The position numbers and the translations under genes were made by a program. DNA of 60,966 bases, from positions 1 through 60,966 of the forward strand of contig CAOJQV010000003.1 of assembly GCA_948441945.1 (NCBI GenBank), in the 5' to 3' direction. The notes beneath the pieces were generated by a model. That model ran no database searches and was not told where the DNA came from. It saw only the letters and a list, made by a program, of their open reading frames with translations. Origin of the DNA: an uncultured Clostridium sp. (GTDB lineage: Bacteria > Bacillota > Clostridia > TANB77 > CAG-508). Shown piece after piece: positions 29,566-39,500 of this stretch (positions are counted from its first letter, which is position 1; the number at the start of each line of letters is the position of its first letter).

Positions 29566-30794
29566 TATGCTACCACCTTATTTTCTTTTTTGATAATTCC
29601 TTTATAGTTTCCTGCTGATTTATAATCATCTTTTAGTTCGCGTATTACACCATAGTCTAATAATTTTCTTCTATAATATGTAATAATTTTAGAGTAGTCT
29701 ATCTTTGAGTTTTGTATTTTTCTAATATCATTTTTGATAAATAAAATTTCTTTTTGTTTTATATATTCTTTGAAGTTTGTTTCTTTTAATTTTGATATTT
29801 CTTTATACTTGTCCCAAAATTTTTTATAGTAGTCTCTTTCACTCATACTTTCCCAGTATACTTTTGTTGATAATAGTCTAACATTATAGTCTTCTATTAA
29901 ATTAATTAACATGTTGTATGTATTTTCTCTTTTTACTGCCATTTTTGTATCTTGTATTAAAATTCTTGCGTCTTTTAATAGTTTTTCGTAACATTGTTCT
30001 GCTATTATCAATGGTATACTGTGTGTAAATAGTTTTCTGCTTATTCCTAATAATATCATATTTTTTTCTATGTTATCTTTTGTGTCTAGCTTTCCTACTG
30101 TAAAAGCTTCAAATCTATTATAATCTTCTAAAATGTCTTTAAATTCTTCCTCTGTTCCTATTTTGATTTTTAATGATAGTATATTTTGTATATATTCTTC
30201 TAATGTATAGAAGATTTTAACATATACCCATTCTTTTGTTGAGTCATATATATTTGTTGTGTCTGCTAATTTAATTGAGTAATTTTTTAGAATTGATTTG
30301 TATAATGAGTCCATTTTGTTAACATAAAATTTATTGTATCTTTCTTGTAATTTTTCTTTTGCTGATACTTCAACACTTTCTTTATCTAGTTCTATTAAGT
30401 ATTTTTGTTTTCTATATTTGTAGTCCATATATTCTCTTTCTTTTAGGCTTGTTACTTCATAGTATCTTGCTAGTGCATCTCTTTCAAATTCAGATGCAGT
30501 GTTATTTTTTACTTTCTTATATATAGAGTCCATAACATATTTATCTAACGCTTCTAAATAAACAGTATAAGCTTCATCATATTTTTTTTCTAATTCTTCT
30601 GTATCATAATTTTCAGTATCTTTTTGATAATTCTCATACGCTTTTAATAGGCTATTTCTTTTTATTGTAATTAACATTCCATTTATTCCTATTTTTGTAG
30701 GAATTAACATTTTTGTTATTGTTTTTGTTATTTTGTTAAAAAAACTTGTATTGGCTCCTGTTATTCTTAGACTTTTTTCTTCCATTTGAATCAT
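29565..30794 (-). CDS. Hypothetical K/E/Y-rich helical protein
   Basis: 409-aa ORF, no motif recognised. Occupies the slot between yqfD and ybeY where phoH/pgpH sit in Bacillus. Confidence 0.5.
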   Translation of the reverse strand: MIQMEEKSLRITGANTSFFNKITKTITKMLIPTKIGINGMLITIKRNSLLKAYENYQKDTENYDTEELEKKYDEAYTVYLEALDKYVMDSIYKKVKNNTASEFERDALARYYEVTSLKEREYMDYKYRKQKYLIELDKESVEVSAKEKLQERYNKFYVNKMDSLYKSILKNYSIKLADTTNIYDSTKEWVYVKIFYTLEEYIQNILSLKIKIGTEEEFKDILEDYNRFEAFTVGKLDTKDNIEKNMILLGISRKLFTHSIPLIIAEQCYEKLLKDARILIQDTKMAVKRENTYNMLINLIEDYNVRLLSTKVYWESMSERDYYKKFWDKYKEISKLKETNFKEYIKQKEILFIKNDIRKIQNSKIDYSKIITYYRRKLLDYGVIRELKDDYKSAGNYKGIIKKENKVVA

Positions 30795-30798
30795 CCTT

Positions 30799-32010
30799 TC
30801 AAAATACTATTTTCTCATTTGTCCCTATATTTTCAAGTACTTCGTATATTAAATTTATTTCTATTCCATCCTCTTTTTCATAAGTGTTTATGATTTTATT
30901 TACTATTTTTTCTTTATCTTGTATTTGGCTTTCTAGTTTTTCTTCTAGTTCTTTTATCCCTATGTCTTTTGCTTCTTTTTGAGTGTATTTTTTGTTTTCT
31001 TCTACTATTTCTTTATTAGTTGTTTTTACTAGGGAAATAGGTAAATAGAAATCTGAAAATATTTTAAATTTATTTTCTGTGTCTATTGTATCATAAATTT
31101 TAAATTTTGAAAGTCTTTTTGAAAAATTTATTTCAAAATTATTAATTTTTATTCTATATTTATTTTCTATATTTCCTGTTTCTGTTCGTTCCGTAGTGTT
31201 ATAAGGTATTAATTTATTTTCTGAGTACCATACTTTTGCTTCAATTTCTCCTCTTGCATGTACATATCTAATTCCTGTATATTTTCCTTCCATCCAACCA
31301 TTTATTAGAGGTGTTCCTACATTTACTGTATCTCCTACTTTTGCAGCTATTGTTCCATTTTGTGCATTTATTTTTGTTATAATTCCTTGTTTATCTGAAA
31401 CTATACTACAATAATCTTCTTCATTTATAATTTCTGGTTTTGATGTGGATTTTACTATTCTTACTATTGCATTTGTTCCTTTTAGTTCAATACCTATCCA
31501 TGCAATATCATCCCTTTGTAATCTTATTTTGTTTATAACTTCTTTAGTATTTATTTTTGATTTCATTTTTCCTACAGCTAATCCACATTCTTGAATATCT
31601 TGTCTTATATTTTCTATTGTTTCTTGATTTTCTTCTATAATATCTATATTCCATACAAAGTTTGATGAGATTCCTAGTAATATTACAATAAAAATTAAAA
31701 AGAAAAAGAATATCTTTCTTTTTTTGTACTTATTAAAAATAAAAGGTATCCCTCGTCTTTTTATTATTTTTAGTTTGCATTGAGTTTGTTTAGCTATTTT
31801 TGCAACTTTTTTTAAATCTCTAATTCCAATATTTAATTCTAATTTTACGTTTTTATCTCTTTTTAAATTCCATATTGTTAATTTATTTTTTCTACATATA
31901 TTAATAAATCTTTCTATATAATACCCTTCTATTGATATTCTTATATACCCAAATATGTAGTTTAATAGAATTTTAATTATCATCTTTTTCCCTTTCAATA
32001 ACTTAATCAA
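30799..32010 (-). CDS. yqfD: Sporulation protein YqfD
   Basis: 403 aa, one central TM helix. Follows yqfC with a 4-codon overlap, as in other spore formers. Confidence 0.8.
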   Translation of the reverse strand: MIKLLKGKKMIIKILLNYIFGYIRISIEGYYIERFINICRKNKLTIWNLKRDKNVKLELNIGIRDLKKVAKIAKQTQCKLKIIKRRGIPFIFNKYKKRKIFFFFLIFIVILLGISSNFVWNIDIIEENQETIENIRQDIQECGLAVGKMKSKINTKEVINKIRLQRDDIAWIGIELKGTNAIVRIVKSTSKPEIINEEDYCSIVSDKQGIITKINAQNGTIAAKVGDTVNVGTPLINGWMEGKYTGIRYVHARGEIEAKVWYSENKLIPYNTTERTETGNIENKYRIKINNFEINFSKRLSKFKIYDTIDTENKFKIFSDFYLPISLVKTTNKEIVEENKKYTQKEAKDIGIKELEEKLESQIQDKEKIVNKIINTYEKEDGIEINLIYEVLENIGTNEKIVF

Positions 32011-32287
32011 ATTTTCTTTCTATGTCTATGCTTTCTATTTTCCCTGTCACTCTTATATCATCATTTGTCATATTCTCTAATTTAAGTTCATATCCATTTA
32101 TATTTATTATGCCTAAAGAAGTATTTATTCTAATATAATAGTCTTCATATTCTAATATTCCTTTAAAATTTTCTATTATTGTTTCGTTAAATCCTGTAAT
32201 GGTCAATTTAGGAGTGTCTGTATATACTTCTTGTGGCATTTCTAAAAGTCTATCAATTTTTGATAATGCATTTTTATTTTTTTTCAT
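32003..32287 (-). CDS. yqfC: Sporulation protein YqfC (YabP family)
   Basis: 94 aa. KLTITGFNETIIENFKGILEY...IRVTGKIESI pattern of YabP/YqfC. Confidence 0.8.
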   Translation of the reverse strand: MKKNKNALSKIDRLLEMPQEVYTDTPKLTITGFNETIIENFKGILEYEDYYIRINTSLGIININGYELKLENMTNDDIRVTGKIESIDIERKFD

Positions 32288-32338
32288 TACTTCTCCTTAA
32301 AATCTGACAAGAGGGGTGTCCCTTTTTGTCACATATAT

Positions 32339-32728
32339 TTAATTTTTAAATTCATCTAATGATTTGAATTCATATCCCATTTCTTTTATTTCTTTAATAA
32401 TACTTCCTAAAATATTTGTATTTGTTTTTGAGTTGCCATGTAATAGCATAATTTCTCCATTATGTACGTTATTTAATATTTTTTGTTTAGACTCTGTTTC
32501 GTCTGGCTGTTTATCTTCGTTCCAGTCTTGATATGCAAATGACCACATTACTGTTTTATATCCTAATGAGCTTGTTATGTTTAATGTTTTTTCACTATAT
32601 TCTCCCATTGGTGGTCTTATATATTTCATTTCATATTGAAATTTTTGGTATATTGATTTGTGTAAATCCATGATTTCACTATTTATTTTATCTTCTGTTA
32701 GACTTGGCATACTTTTGTGATTAACTGT
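32339..32728 (-). pseudogene. pdaA: pdaA (delta-lactam-biosynthetic de-N-acetylase), 3' segment of a gene split by the 13.9-kb element
   Basis: The frame reads (H)TVNHKSMPSLTEDKI...YIRPPMGEYSEKTL...LLHGNS...GYEFKSLDEF, collinear with the B. subtilis PdaA C-terminal half. No start of its own before the internal Met at 32710. Confidence 0.85.
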
Positions 32729-32753
32729 ATGTATTTAAGCAATAACTATGTAC
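32729..32753. repeat. Left junction: 3-bp core ATG plus inner inverted-repeat arm (perfect core ATAACTATGTAC at 32742..32753)
   Basis: Reverse complement of 46584..46595 (GTACATAGTTAT). Flanking positions partly match (TTTAAGCA vs TTTAAACC). Confidence 0.65.
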
Positions 32754-32807
32754 CAATTTTTTTATTATTAAATTTGACATTACCTTTTTATATTTTTTAT
32801 TCTCCTT

Positions 32808-34416
32808 TTAAATTGATGAAAAAGTTAATTCAACTTTTATATTTTTATTTTTATCAAATACGATTTTCTTTACTAACCTTTTCAATATTTCATTGTCTGG
32901 GTTTTCCATTTTTAAAAACTTTTTTGCTGTGTTTTCTATCTTTTTGTACTCACTCTTTTTTCTTTCTATTTCTTTATTCTTGTTTTGTTCTATCTCTAAT
33001 TTAATATTATCAAGTTCTTTTTTTATATTTTCTTTCTTCTCTATCATTTTTTGATACAATTCTTTAAACTCATCTACCGATATTTCCTTTTTTATTTTTT
33101 TATCATATAATTTTGAAATATCATTCGTGATTTTTTCAAGCTCTTTATTTTTATAATTAAATTCAACTTGTATACTAACTTCAATATTCTTTGCTTTTTT
33201 CTGTGCCTTATTATATATATCTTTTAACTCTTTTGAAGTATATTCAACTTTTTGTATTTCTTCTGTTACTGTTTCTTTTACTGCATTCATTAATATTTTT
33301 TCGTATATTACTACATTATTGCATAAACTTCTATAATCTGCTCTTTTGCCACATACTGCAAAATTTCCTTCCCAACATACTTTACCTGCTTTTGTTTTTC
33401 TTTTGTTATGTCTAAATCTGGCAATATGTCCACATTCTCCACAATATACAAGGTCTTTTAATGGATATTCATATTTTTTTCTGTTATCTGTATTATATGA
33501 ATTTAATTTTTCTTGTACTTTTTCCCATACTTCCTTACTAATTATAGGCTCGTGCATATTTTCTACTATTATATATTCTGACTTTTCTTTCCTTCTACCT
33601 TTTTTTATTTTAGTACTTATTTGTTCTGTTTTTCCACTAACTACATTTCCTATATATGTTTGGTTTTTTAACATACTTCCTATTTGTGTTCTTAACCATA
33701 AGTACCTACCATCTGGATTTTTACTATTCAAATTTCTTGTATTTGGCATTTTCATATAAATTCCCGGAGGTGTTATATTTCTTCTATTCAATTCGTCTGC
33801 AATTTTTACCGTTGACATTCCTTTGTTTGCATACATATCAAATATTTCTTTAACTATTTCAGAGGCATATTCATCTATAACTAAATGATTTTTTATTTCT
33901 GTATCTTTTTTATATCCATAAGGTGCTTTTCCTGCTTGATATTCTCCTGCTTTCATCTTTTTTTTCTTTACACTTTTTATTTTAGTAGAAATATCTTGTA
34001 TGTAATAATCATTAAAACTTAATTTAAAAGATAAAAATTGTAAACCTTTTGAATCTATTGTGTCTATTCCATCTCCGAATTGCTATATATCTAATATTCA
34101 TTTTGGGCAAATATCTTTCTAAATAATAACCTGTATCTATATGGTCTCTGCCAAATCTTGATAAGTCCTTTGTTATAACACAATTTATTTTTCCCTCTTC
34201 TATATCTTTCATCATTTGTTTGAATCTTGGTCTATCGAAGTTTCCTCCAGTATAACCATCATCAACATATTCATCAAAAACTTGTAATTCTTTATTTTCT
34301 TCTATAAAATTATCAATTATATCTCTTTGATTTTCTACACTCACGCTTTCTTTTTTATCCCTGTCTTCATCTGATAGCCTTATATATTTTGCAACTCTAT
34401 ATTTTCTTTCTATCAT
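32808..34416 (-). pseudogene. Large serine recombinase (copy A), split as assembled; skipping the extra C at 34077 restores ~535 aa
   Basis: The N-terminal resolvase domain (VAKYIRLSDEDRD..., ITKDLSRFGRDH) ends ...NIRYIAI-RRWNRHNRF*. The +1 frame from GGA (34074..34076) reads GDGIDTIDSKGLQFLSFKLSFNDYYIQDISTKIKSVKKKKMKAGEYQAGKAPYGYKKD and joins ORF 32808..33956. Collinear with copy B. Confidence 0.85.
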
Positions 34417-34417
34417 T

Positions 34418-36043
34418 TTATATTGCCACCTTATATTCTTCTTGCTTATTTGTTTTTCCAAAAGTAAATTCTACTATAACATTTTTATCACTATCAAATT
34501 TAATTTTCTTTATGAGTTTAGAATATTGTTCTATACTTGGCTTTTCTAAATTTAATATACTTTTTGCAATTTTTATCATTTCTATATATTTTTTTCCTAT
34601 ATCTTCTTTTTCTAGCTCTAGCATCTCTGTTTCTATTTGATGAATTTGAAATAGTAAATTATTTTTATCTTTTTGCATTTTTTGATAAATAATGGAAAAG
34701 TCATCTGCTGTTATTAGTTTTTGTATTTTGTCTTGATAAACTTCTTGCATTGCTTGTTCATTTTCTTTTAATTTTTGTTGTATTTCGCTTTCTTTCGCTT
34801 TTAAAATATTCGTTTTAGTTTTTACTTTTTCTTCTGCTCTTTTATAAATTTTCATTATTTCATCTTCTGTATAACGTATTTGTTCAATTTCTTCTTTTAT
34901 TGCTTTTTTAACTTTTTCTATAATTATAGTTTCTTCTATTGGTTTACAAGTACAACCGTTTTTACGAGTATTTTTATTTGAACATATAAAAGTTCTTTGC
35001 TCCCATATATTGCCATTTTTTCTCTTTCTTTTTCTTACTCTATATGTTGCTTTACCATCACACTCTGCACAATATAAATATTCTTTCAATGGGTGTGTAT
35101 AATGCATTGTTTTAGTTATACCTCTTTTGTTTAATTTATCTTGGGCTTTCTTCCAAATTAATTCATCAATTATTGGTTCATGCATATTTTTTACAATGAC
35201 ATATTCCTCTCTTTTTGTACTTCTTACTTTTTCAACTTTATGACTTATTTTTTGGAACTTTCTTCCTACAACATTGCCTATATATACTTCATTTTTTAAC
35301 ATCATTGCTATTTGGTCGCTCCTCCATATATACCCTTTAGGATTCCTGCTTTCTCTTTTCATACATACTGGTATTTTCATATATAAACAAGGTGCTTCAA
35401 TATTTCTTTCATTTAATTTGTCTGCAATTTTAATCGCAGACATTCCTTTATTGACATACATATCAAATATTTCTTTAACTATTTCAGAGGCATATTCATC
35501 TACAACTAAATGATTTTTTATTTCTGGATCTTTTTTATATCCATAAGGTGCTATACCTCCTTGAAATTCTCCTTTTTCTATCTTTCTATTTTTAACACTT
35601 TTAATCTTATTTGATATATCTTGTGCATAATAATCATTAAAACTTAATTTGAAAGTTAGAAATTGTAAACCATCTGATTTTATTGTGTCAACATTATCTC
35701 CTATTGCTATATATCTAATGTTATTTGTTGGTAAATATCTCTCCAGATAATACCCTGTATCAATATGATCTCTGCCAAATCTTGATAAATCTTTTGTAAT
35801 AATACAATCTATTTTTCCATCTTCTATATCTTTAAGCATTTTCTTGAATCCTGGTCTATTGAAATTAGTTCCAGTATAGCCATCATCAACATATTCCTCT
35901 ATATCTTCTAATTCTTTATGTTCTTTTATATAACTGTCTAATATATCTCTTTGATTTTCTATACTTTCACTTTCTCTATCATCTCCATCATCTCTCGACA
36001 GACGCATATATTTAGCGACTTTGTAATTATTTATTCTTAACAT
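34418..36043 (-). CDS. Large serine recombinase (copy B), intact
   Basis: 541 aa. Resolvase catalytic domain (YMRLSRDDGDD, ITKDLSRFGRDH), recombinase domain, zinc-ribbon (CAEC...C..C), coiled-coil C-terminus. Its stop is 1 nt from the copy A start. Confidence 0.9.
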   Translation of the reverse strand: MLRINNYKVAKYMRLSRDDGDDRESESIENQRDILDSYIKEHKELEDIEEYVDDGYTGTNFNRPGFKKMLKDIEDGKIDCIITKDLSRFGRDHIDTGYYLERYLPTNNIRYIAIGDNVDTIKSDGLQFLTFKLSFNDYYAQDISNKIKSVKNRKIEKGEFQGGIAPYGYKKDPEIKNHLVVDEYASEIVKEIFDMYVNKGMSAIKIADKLNERNIEAPCLYMKIPVCMKRESRNPKGYIWRSDQIAMMLKNEVYIGNVVGRKFQKISHKVEKVRSTKREEYVIVKNMHEPIIDELIWKKAQDKLNKRGITKTMHYTHPLKEYLYCAECDGKATYRVRKRKRKNGNIWEQRTFICSNKNTRKNGCTCKPIEETIIIEKVKKAIKEEIEQIRYTEDEIMKIYKRAEEKVKTKTNILKAKESEIQQKLKENEQAMQEVYQDKIQKLITADDFSIIYQKMQKDKNNLLFQIHQIETEMLELEKEDIGKKYIEMIKIAKSILNLEKPSIEQYSKLIKKIKFDSDKNVIVEFTFGKTNKQEEYKVAI

Positions 36044-36131
36044 TTTACCTCCTCCCTAGAATAAATAACTATATTTGCTTGTACAATTACATTTTACTTA
36101 TTATCTAATTATAGTAAAATGTGTAAATTTC

Positions 36132-36266
36132 TTATTTTTTTATATTTTCTAAATTTTTAATTTCTTTAATAAAAGTTTTTTCCAGCATATCTGTTAATAT
36201 TTCCTTTAAATTTTCATTACCATATACTTTTTTTATATTCCCTTTCTTTTCTTTTAATTCCTCCAT
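36132..36266 (-). CDS. Small hypothetical protein (44 aa) upstream of the recombinases
   Basis: Manual ORF MEELKEKKGNIKKVYGNENLKEILTDMLEKTFIKEIKNLENIKK with a GGAGG RBS 7 nt upstream. Below the ORF-track length cut-off. Confidence 0.3.
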   Translation of the reverse strand: MEELKEKKGNIKKVYGNENLKEILTDMLEKTFIKEIKNLENIKK

Positions 36267-36476
36267 TATTTCCTCCTAACTTTTTATATTAAAAGGTATT
36301 TTTGTAAATTAGAATTTATGAATAATTTTTACATTTTGTCTTAATTCATATTTCTAATAATTTTGGAAAAACTAACTCTAATATCTTTTCTAGCTCTTTC
36401 ATAGTATACTTTTTATTTTTTATTTAAGTTTATAATTATTAATTGTTTATATGAACAAAGAAATTTTTCTATACAT

Positions 36477-36513
36477 AAAAAAGAAACCTAACATTTAACT
36501 GTTAGATTTCTTT
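36477..36513 (-). terminator. Rho-independent terminator after the giant protease gene
   Basis: Gene-sense AAAGAAATCTAACA-loop-TGTTAGGTTTCTTTTTT, 19 nt after the stop at 36532. Confidence 0.75.
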
Positions 36514-36531
36514 AAAAAGTTATTAAAATAA

Positions 36532-39500
36532 CTATTTTAATCGAGGATACCCCTTATCTGTCAAACTATTCAAATTCCAAAATTCCTCATCAAATCCTAA
36601 ACTCTTATAAAAGTCTGCATTTAATCTTGATTTAGAAATTGAATTTAATTTTCCATCTGTATTATTAGAAACACGACTAAATCCGACCTCTTCATCAACT
36701 TCATAGCAATTAGTCAAACATGCAACAACTTGACTCTCTGCTGCACCAGTAAACTTATAAGGTGCAAATTTAGTTCCTGAATTATCTGTATAACCTGTCA
36801 TATTTCCAAAAGCGATACAATTATTAACCTTTGGTGAATTATAAATATTTCCAATAAAAGATGCATTAAATACACTATTAGCAATATTGCTCCATGAATT
36901 ACTTGATTTTATAATATCTACATCAGTAATTACATTTTCAATCGTTCCACCTTGTTGCATTGCTCCAACAAGTCCTCCATTTTCTGTTCCAGTAACATTA
37001 AGAGTTCCTTGAACATAAACATTTTTAATCAATCCACCATATTTTCTACCAGCAAAATTTGATACATAAACTCCTGTTCCAGTAACATTTGAATTTTTTA
37101 CAGATATATTTTCAAATACAGAATTTGCATTTTCTCTACCATCCATACCTGTAATAACTGCCACATTATTTCTTCCTGACAATGTTATATTATCAAACTT
37201 CATATTTTTAAATGTAGCTGTAAACGATTCTTGAGTAAATGCTGTAACAAAGTCCCCATTTCCTCTACCTGCACTTGTATTTGTAAAATTACTTATATTC
37301 AAATTTTCAACTGTTCCTCTAAAGTTTGCAAATAAACTTAAATTGTTTAGATTTGAAATTGTATGTCCATTTCCTTGTATCTTTCCTGTAAATGTTTCAG
37401 TAATAACTGCATTAGAAGTAGAAGTATATCCTGCAAAATCAATATCACTTGTTATATTAAATATTCCGCTTGAATCTTCTTGTATTTTTAGAAAATCTTC
37501 TTTACTTGATATTTGAGTTACTGTATGTTCTACATTACAATTTGTATAAGTAGATACACTAACTGCACCACCTATTACACTTAAATCATTTCTTCCAGCA
37601 AAATTTATTTTTACATTCTTTACATCAATATCTTCTAAAATACTATATTGTGTTTGTTTTGCCAAAACACCTATATTAGTTATATCTTTTGGAATATTAG
37701 TTCCTTCAAATTTTAGATTTTTAACATAACCAAATCTTATTTTTTGGAATATTGAGTTTGTATTTCCAATTATTTTATGTCCATTTCCATCTAATTTACC
37801 CATAAAAGTACTTGTAACAACATTTGTTATACCAGTAAAATCTATATCATTATCTAAAATATAGTAACCATAAGGATTTGCATTTATTTTTTCTATTAAC
37901 TCTTGTGCTGTTGTAATATGTGTCATTTGTAAATCTGTACCAAGTGGATCAGTAACAAAATCATTTGTTGCTCTTTTTAAATAATGATAATATATTTTTC
38001 TAAGGTTTGTAGCTGCTGTAATATTCCTGTTATTACCCCTTGCATCTGCTTGTAATGCTTCAGTAAATTTTTCAATCATAAAGTCTGCATTTATATATTT
38101 ATTATCCAATTTGCTTTCAATTTCTGCATATCTACTTAATTTATATTCTTTCCAATTCATTTCTTTGCCAGTTACCGATTTTGTTATTTTTTGTATTGCA
38201 TCTAAATCAGTTTTACTTTGGCGGCTTCCATACATAACATATCCATCTACTCCACCATATCCTAGCATTTCAAAAAGATTACGTTTTACAGATAAAGCAT
38301 CTGCCTGTCCATTATCATTATGTCCAATATACCAACGAGTTACCCATACAGATTCATAACCATAATCATTTGCCCCAATACCAGTAATAGGTACTAAACC
38401 TCTTACACTAACTCCCCAAGCATTATTAGGTCTTAAAATAATTCTATTATCCCACAATGATTCAAGTGTTGTTAGATTCATATCTTCTGCTTGTTGTGCA
38501 GTTATTGTTCCCCATGAACTCCAAGCCCCTGATTGAGACATTCTTGTTGCTATCTTTGATTGTTCTTCTGGTGTCAATTGTATAAAGGCTTTAGCTGAAA
38601 CATAGTCTAATAAATCTAGTGCATTTTGCTGTCCTTTATAATAGTTCTCCAATTTTTCTCTTGTATTGATTCTCTCAGGTGTTAAATTCTGAGTTACAAG
38701 AGCTTCTTTATTTAATGTAAATGCAAGATTAAAATAATATGGTCCTACATCATATCCCTCAATTGCATTATTACTCCATACTTGACGCTGTTCTACATTT
38801 CCTTCTGTATATGCTTCTAATTGTAATCTTGTACCACGTTGGAATAGCATTATTTTATCAGCTAAAGCATGTTGATATTCATGTGTCCAAGTATCATAAT
38901 TAGTTAATCCAGGTGTTGCTATAAACCACAAGAATCCTGCAGTATTTCCAACACCAGCAGCAGATCCATATTGCCATGCTCCTACTGCTTCATTAAAGTT
39001 TTTGTGGAATGGTTCTGTTGTTCCCACTTTACATGTTGTATAAACAGCATATGTTCCTAATGGAATATTAGTACCTGGTATATAACTAGTTTTATAACCT
39101 GTAATTACTTTACAGCAATCATAAACCATAATACAATAATTATTCCATCTTTCTGAATCAAATGTTCCTGCTAATGTAGTAAATTGTCTTTTTACAAGTG
39201 CACAATGTTGTTTTACAATATTTTCAATTGCTTTTCTACCAGCTTCAGTTTGAGGGTCTTTATTATAAACTCTTAAAGCCCCAACTTGTAGTTGTGCTGG
39301 TCCAGATATAATATATCCTGCATCTTTAGGCAATGTAGTTAATGGAAGTATAAAGTTTGAGTATTTTTTCATTTGGCACCAAGCACGATATTGTAAATCT
39401 GGTCTATCATCTACTGTTATTTCTGCTAAAATTCCTTTAGTTGGGAAAAATTCTGTAAACCAATCATTTACATCCTCATATCCACCAATTTTATTTATAA

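Noticed and set aside
36044-36131. Sequence TGTACAAGCAAATATAGTTAT upstream of recombinase B, resembling the att inverted-repeat core (GTACATAGTTAT), as a possible autoregulatory site.
   Set aside because: The match is interrupted by a 7-nt insertion and is short. It cannot be distinguished from chance in AT-rich DNA without binding data.
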